Of a stretch of 64,000 nt of DNA, positions 59,183 to 64,000 are shown piece after piece (within the stretch, counting starts at the first letter, position 1; each line of letters starts with the position of its first letter). Location of the stretch: the NCBI RefSeq assembly GCF_009914755.1, contig NC_060926.1. One strand, given 5' to 3'. The notes beneath the pieces are model-generated. The model worked only from the letters and a program-made list of their open reading frames with translations. It had not been told where the DNA came from and made no database searches. Position numbers and translations under genes: made by a program. The stretch is from the human T2T-CHM13v2.0 reference genome, Homo sapiens.

Positions 59183-59269
59183 TATATATACACAAATATG
59201 CATATATTTGTATATGCATATACATAGGTATGTATATATAAATATACATAAAAATTTGTGTATTTTATA

Positions 59270-60168
59270 TATGGCTTTTATTATTCATTGTATTGAATTG
59301 TTATTGTATGGATCTGTTTCTTTTACCTTTTTTTTTAATCTCCTTGTCATGTTTCTTAGCATGCAAAGACAATTTTCTTAAATGCTAGACCATTTGTATA
59401 AGTTGCAGAGGCTCTGGATGATATTCTCTTCTTCCAGAGTGGCTCCTTTGTGTCCTCGGAAGGCAGATAGATAGAGGTAGATTATCTCAATCTAAACTGA
59501 GCAGACGGTGTTGTAGTTTTATGAGAACTTGTCTACCTCTAGTCCATTCACACCCTCTTCAGGAGTTCCAACCATGAGCCTTAGATATCTATTGGGGCCT
59601 TTTCCCTTTGGTGAAGTACTCCCCAGTCCACAAAAACAGCAAACAAAAACTTTATCAGCAGCTTCTGCCTGGTTTTTTATCCCCTTGTCCTTTGCAATTC
59701 CAGATGTCAGCAAGTGACTCCAGGGGAACGAAGCTGAGAGCAGGATCGCCTCACTGTACCCACTTTGTCACCTAGACACCGCTTCCCATGCCTTGTTGAC
59801 GTGGCCAATGTCAAGTCCACTTTGTCTTTCCAGCACCATGAGATTGCAGAAAGCTCTGCCTGTTCCTTTCAGTGCTGGCAGTGGCCTTGTAACCAAGCCC
59901 TCTGCCTGCATGCCCGCTCTCTGCCTCCCACAGAAAGCTGGCAAGGTCTCCAAAGAGAAAGGAGCAGTGTCAGCACCTAGGCTCACCTCCCTAAAGTTCC
60001 TTCTTACAGGGACTTTGGCCACATAACTTCTCGTTACCTCAGCAAATCATCAACACCTTCAAGCGCTTTCTCCGTCTCTCTCTTTTGTATTTCATCCAGT
60101 TTTTCCAGGTGTTCTTAGCGGGAGTGTTGGTCTGCTGCGAGTACTTCAGCATAGCCAGATATGGAGTC
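59270..60168 (-). mobile_element. Ancient L1ME-class 5'UTR
   Basis: Terminal motif 'tttcatccagtttttccaggtgttcttagcgggagtgttggtctg...catagccagatatggagtc'. Confidence 0.55.
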
Positions 60169-60699
60169 TGAAATCGATTCTTTCAAGCAATAGTATTTCA
60201 AATCAGAATGTGCTACATTTTCTGTTATTTTTGAAAGAGATTACTACTTTTATAGAATGAAGTTCTCTCTTCATAAATCTATAATGGGTAATGCTAAGGA
60301 ACTAGACAAATAGTCAAAACTATGCATTTCTTTATGCTGTATGTTATTTTACAGTAATCCAGAGAAGTCTTTTGTGTTTGTACACCATGCTAAATTTCCC
60401 AAAAGTCACACAGACAGGCCAGGAAAGTAAGCCTGCTGGAATTTTTTTGTTTATTTGAATCTATTATATCACATAACCATAAACATAGTCATGCCTAGCA
60501 AAATATTACAGCAAGTCCACATACACTTATATCATCATATCTAAATAACATTGGAGATATACTTCAACTAGTAAAAAATTGTAGTAGGAATCTAACTGTT
60601 GGAAATTCAAGTTTAAAATTCATCAATCAAAGGAGACAGAAGTGTAATTATTCAGTGTTAATGCTTTGCTTATTACCCTATCTTAAATAAGAAAATTCT

Positions 60700-60915
60700 G
60701 GTTTCCTAGGATAAAATTCAGATGACCTGGATTTATGTCCTTGTTATCTGGCCTTAAGCCAGTAGCATTTTCCCTGGGTCCATTTTCTCCTTTATAAAAT
60801 GGGCCAGTATTATTTATTTTACTCTTTTTGTGTGTCTGTTTAGAGAAAACTAGGTCATTATATACAAATGTACTATGAAAAGTTAAGAGCACTTATAAAT
60901 ATATGATATTATTAG
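60700..60915 (+). mobile_element. MIR
   Basis: 'ccctgggtccattttctcctttataaaatggg...atgaaaagttaagagcacttataaat'. Confidence 0.5.
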
Positions 60916-61187
60916 TTTTTAAAAGTTTTGAGGAATTATTAGCAATACATGAATAGAGAAGTTCTGACAAACGCACACCTGGGCATCTGACTCAGAAAAT
61001 CACTTTTAAGAAAAGCAAGCTGGGCTGCAAAGCAAAAGGAGGTTCCCGCAGCTGAGTCTTAAGGTAGTGTAGGTGGTCACATACCTGTTCTGATTTCGAA
61101 GGAGCCAGGACCTTTTCTGCTTCTCTACTTCTGGTCCTCTTCCTCTTCTTTTATCCCCAGTCTCTCCCAAAAACATAAAAATACACA

Positions 61188-61189
<2 letters not shown>

Positions 61190-61226
<37 letters not shown>
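61190..61226. repeat. (CA)~18 microsatellite
   Basis: Direct reading. Confidence 0.95.
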
Positions 61227-61231
<5 letters not shown>

Positions 61232-61707
61232 CTACCCTAGGATTTAAGCCTAAATTTGCATCCTTACATCACTAATTCTATGGGGACAAGCACATGTAGG
61301 GAGGGTAGAGTTTTAGATTGGAGTCATTTGGTCCCTTCACACAAGCAAGGCTCACATCCTTTCCTGAGAACACTATTTGTGATACTGGAAGTTCCAAAGG
61401 GCCTGGGAGCTCAGAGTTTCCAGGAGGGACGGGCTGAAGCACTGGAAATGAGGAGGAAAGTAACAAAGAGGTTCAGCAGGAGAATATGAAAAAAGCATCT
61501 GCCTCACTTGACATGAGACCTAGGGCTACCTTTAGGTGTGTGGAGATGAGAAAGAGGCAGAGTCATGTGGCATGGGTGGCTTTAGCCCTGTCTGCGAGAT
61601 TCTGGAGAAATAAGCATTAGCCCCTCCTTGTGGGACACACTCTGTACCAGGTTCTCCACTGAGTACTCTTACTTTTGATCTTCACAATAACCCACGATCT
61701 AACCACA

Positions 61708-62103
61708 TGTAATGGGCTGAATTTTTACCCCCGCTTCCCACCACATGCATATGTTGGAGTCTTAACCCCCAGTACCTTAGAATGTGACTGTATCTGAAGA
61801 TGGGGTCTTTAAAGCGATAATTAACTGAAAATGAGGTCATGGGGGTGGACCATAATCTAATCTGACTGGTGTCCTTATAAGAAAAGATTAGGACACAGGC
61901 GCACACCGAGGGTTGCCCATGTGGAAACACAAGGAGAAGATGGCATCTACAATGCAAAGAGAGAGACCTCAGAGGAAACCACTCCTGCTAAGAACACCTT
62001 GATCTTGGACTTCCAGCCTCCAGAACTGTGAGAGAATAAATGTGTGTTGTTTGAGCTACCAGTCTGTGATATTTGGCTACGGCAGTCCTGGGAAACTAAC
62101 GCA
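61708..62103 (+). mobile_element. MLT1B-like MaLR solo LTR
   Basis: tgtaatgggctgaat...ggcagtcctgggaaactaacgca; exact 5-bp TSD ccaca at 61703-61707 and 62104-62108. Confidence 0.9.
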
Positions 62104-62782
62104 CCACAGTATACAGCAGAAAATGGAGTTCAGTTCTGGATGGGGAGAAAAAGACACTCGCCATTGTCTTTTAAGCACTTTTCTGGTACTACATATAAAT
62201 ATCAGAAAAATACTTCTTCATCTTATTTTCAGTTTTGAATAGACACTTCTATTTAAGCTTTATAACTAAAAGAAACTAGGTTTTTTTCATCTCATTATTT
62301 TACGCGTGCTTTGTAAACTAGCTTGGGTTTTCTTGGTAATCTCTTCTTTCTTTTAATTTAATCCTCTAACTTTGAAATCAATAGAGAAGGTTCACAGAGG
62401 AATCTTCTTAATCCTCCCCTAATCATTACTGTGAAAATTGGGCTTGCATTGAAGACTTGTTTTATTATAATCTACTTAATGTTCTCTTAATATTCCTCTT
62501 GTACAGTAATAATTAGTGATAGTGATAGAAACTAATATTAAGTAGCCATTTACTGTGTAGAGCACTAATATATGACTTCATTTTTAAATAAAATATATAT
62601 TTTTAGAACAGTTTTAGGTTTTCAGAAAAATCTGTAAATCTAAAGATAGTACATAGAGTTTCCATATACCCTACACCTAGGTCCTCTTATTACTAAACTC
62701 TAAGTTGTGATGGAAATTTGTTACAATTAATGAAGTAACATTGATAGATTATTATTACTAGCTAAAGTCCATGCTACATTAG

Positions 62783-63406
<624 letters not shown>

Positions 63407-64000
63407 TGACACTTTTGAGGAGCTCAGGTCAGGTATTTTGTAGACTGTTTCTCAACTGAGATTTTTCTGATATTTTTCACATGATTAGACTGGGATTATA
63501 TGTCTCTGGGAGGAAGGCCACAGAGGTAAAGTGCCATTTGCATCACATCGTAACCAAGGTACACACTATCAATATGACTTGTCATTGTTGGTGTTGACCT
63601 TCACCATCTGGCTCAGGTAGTATTTGTTAGGTATTTCCACTGTAAAATGACTCCCTCTCCCTTTCCATAGTGTATTGTCTGCCATGGGTTACTATGTACA
63701 TCCCACACTTAAGAAATGAGGAGTTATGCTCTGCATAAATTATTTGCAATGTTTCTGATATGGAAATGTGTCCCCCTTCTCCATTTATTTCAATCAGTTG
63801 TATCAGTATGGACTGGGGGATATTTTACATATATGGTTTTAAAATTTATTTTATTTATATGTTTATCTTAAACATCAAGTTATCATCTACTACCACTTTT
63901 GTGGCTCAACTATTGGGAGCTCTTTCCATTGGTTCCTGTATCCCTTTGTCATACTCCCATCATCACTGTGACATTTTTGGTTTGCTTGCTTTTTTTTTTT

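Overview
This is primate (human-like) non-coding euchromatic DNA, AT-rich and roughly half transposon-derived. I find no credible host protein-coding exon, RNA gene, CpG island or prokaryotic-type system. The main landmark is a ~6.1 kb full-length but inactivated L1PA element (L1PA4/5-like, minus strand, 30785-36902) with a 14-bp target-site duplication (TSD). It keeps the YY1 site, the ~129-bp ZNF93-target segment and an open, C-terminally extended antisense ORF0 (132 codons). The rest holds ten Alus, old L1M/L2/MIR fragments, MaLR/ERVL solo LTRs, hAT/TcMar relics and several STRs, often nested. Structures the repeat annotation does not explain: a perfect 99-bp tandem duplication (8265-8462), a dispersed 105-bp duplication (38184/40578), ~470 bp of GC-richer sequence between the two ends of a MER58B, and a few TE-free islands with CTCF, NR5A/AP-1 or HOX-PBX motifs. 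Repeat subfamily names come from recalled consensus sequences, not a database search, and boundaries without TSDs are approximate. I see no solid evidence of a new biological system; the findings are leads only.
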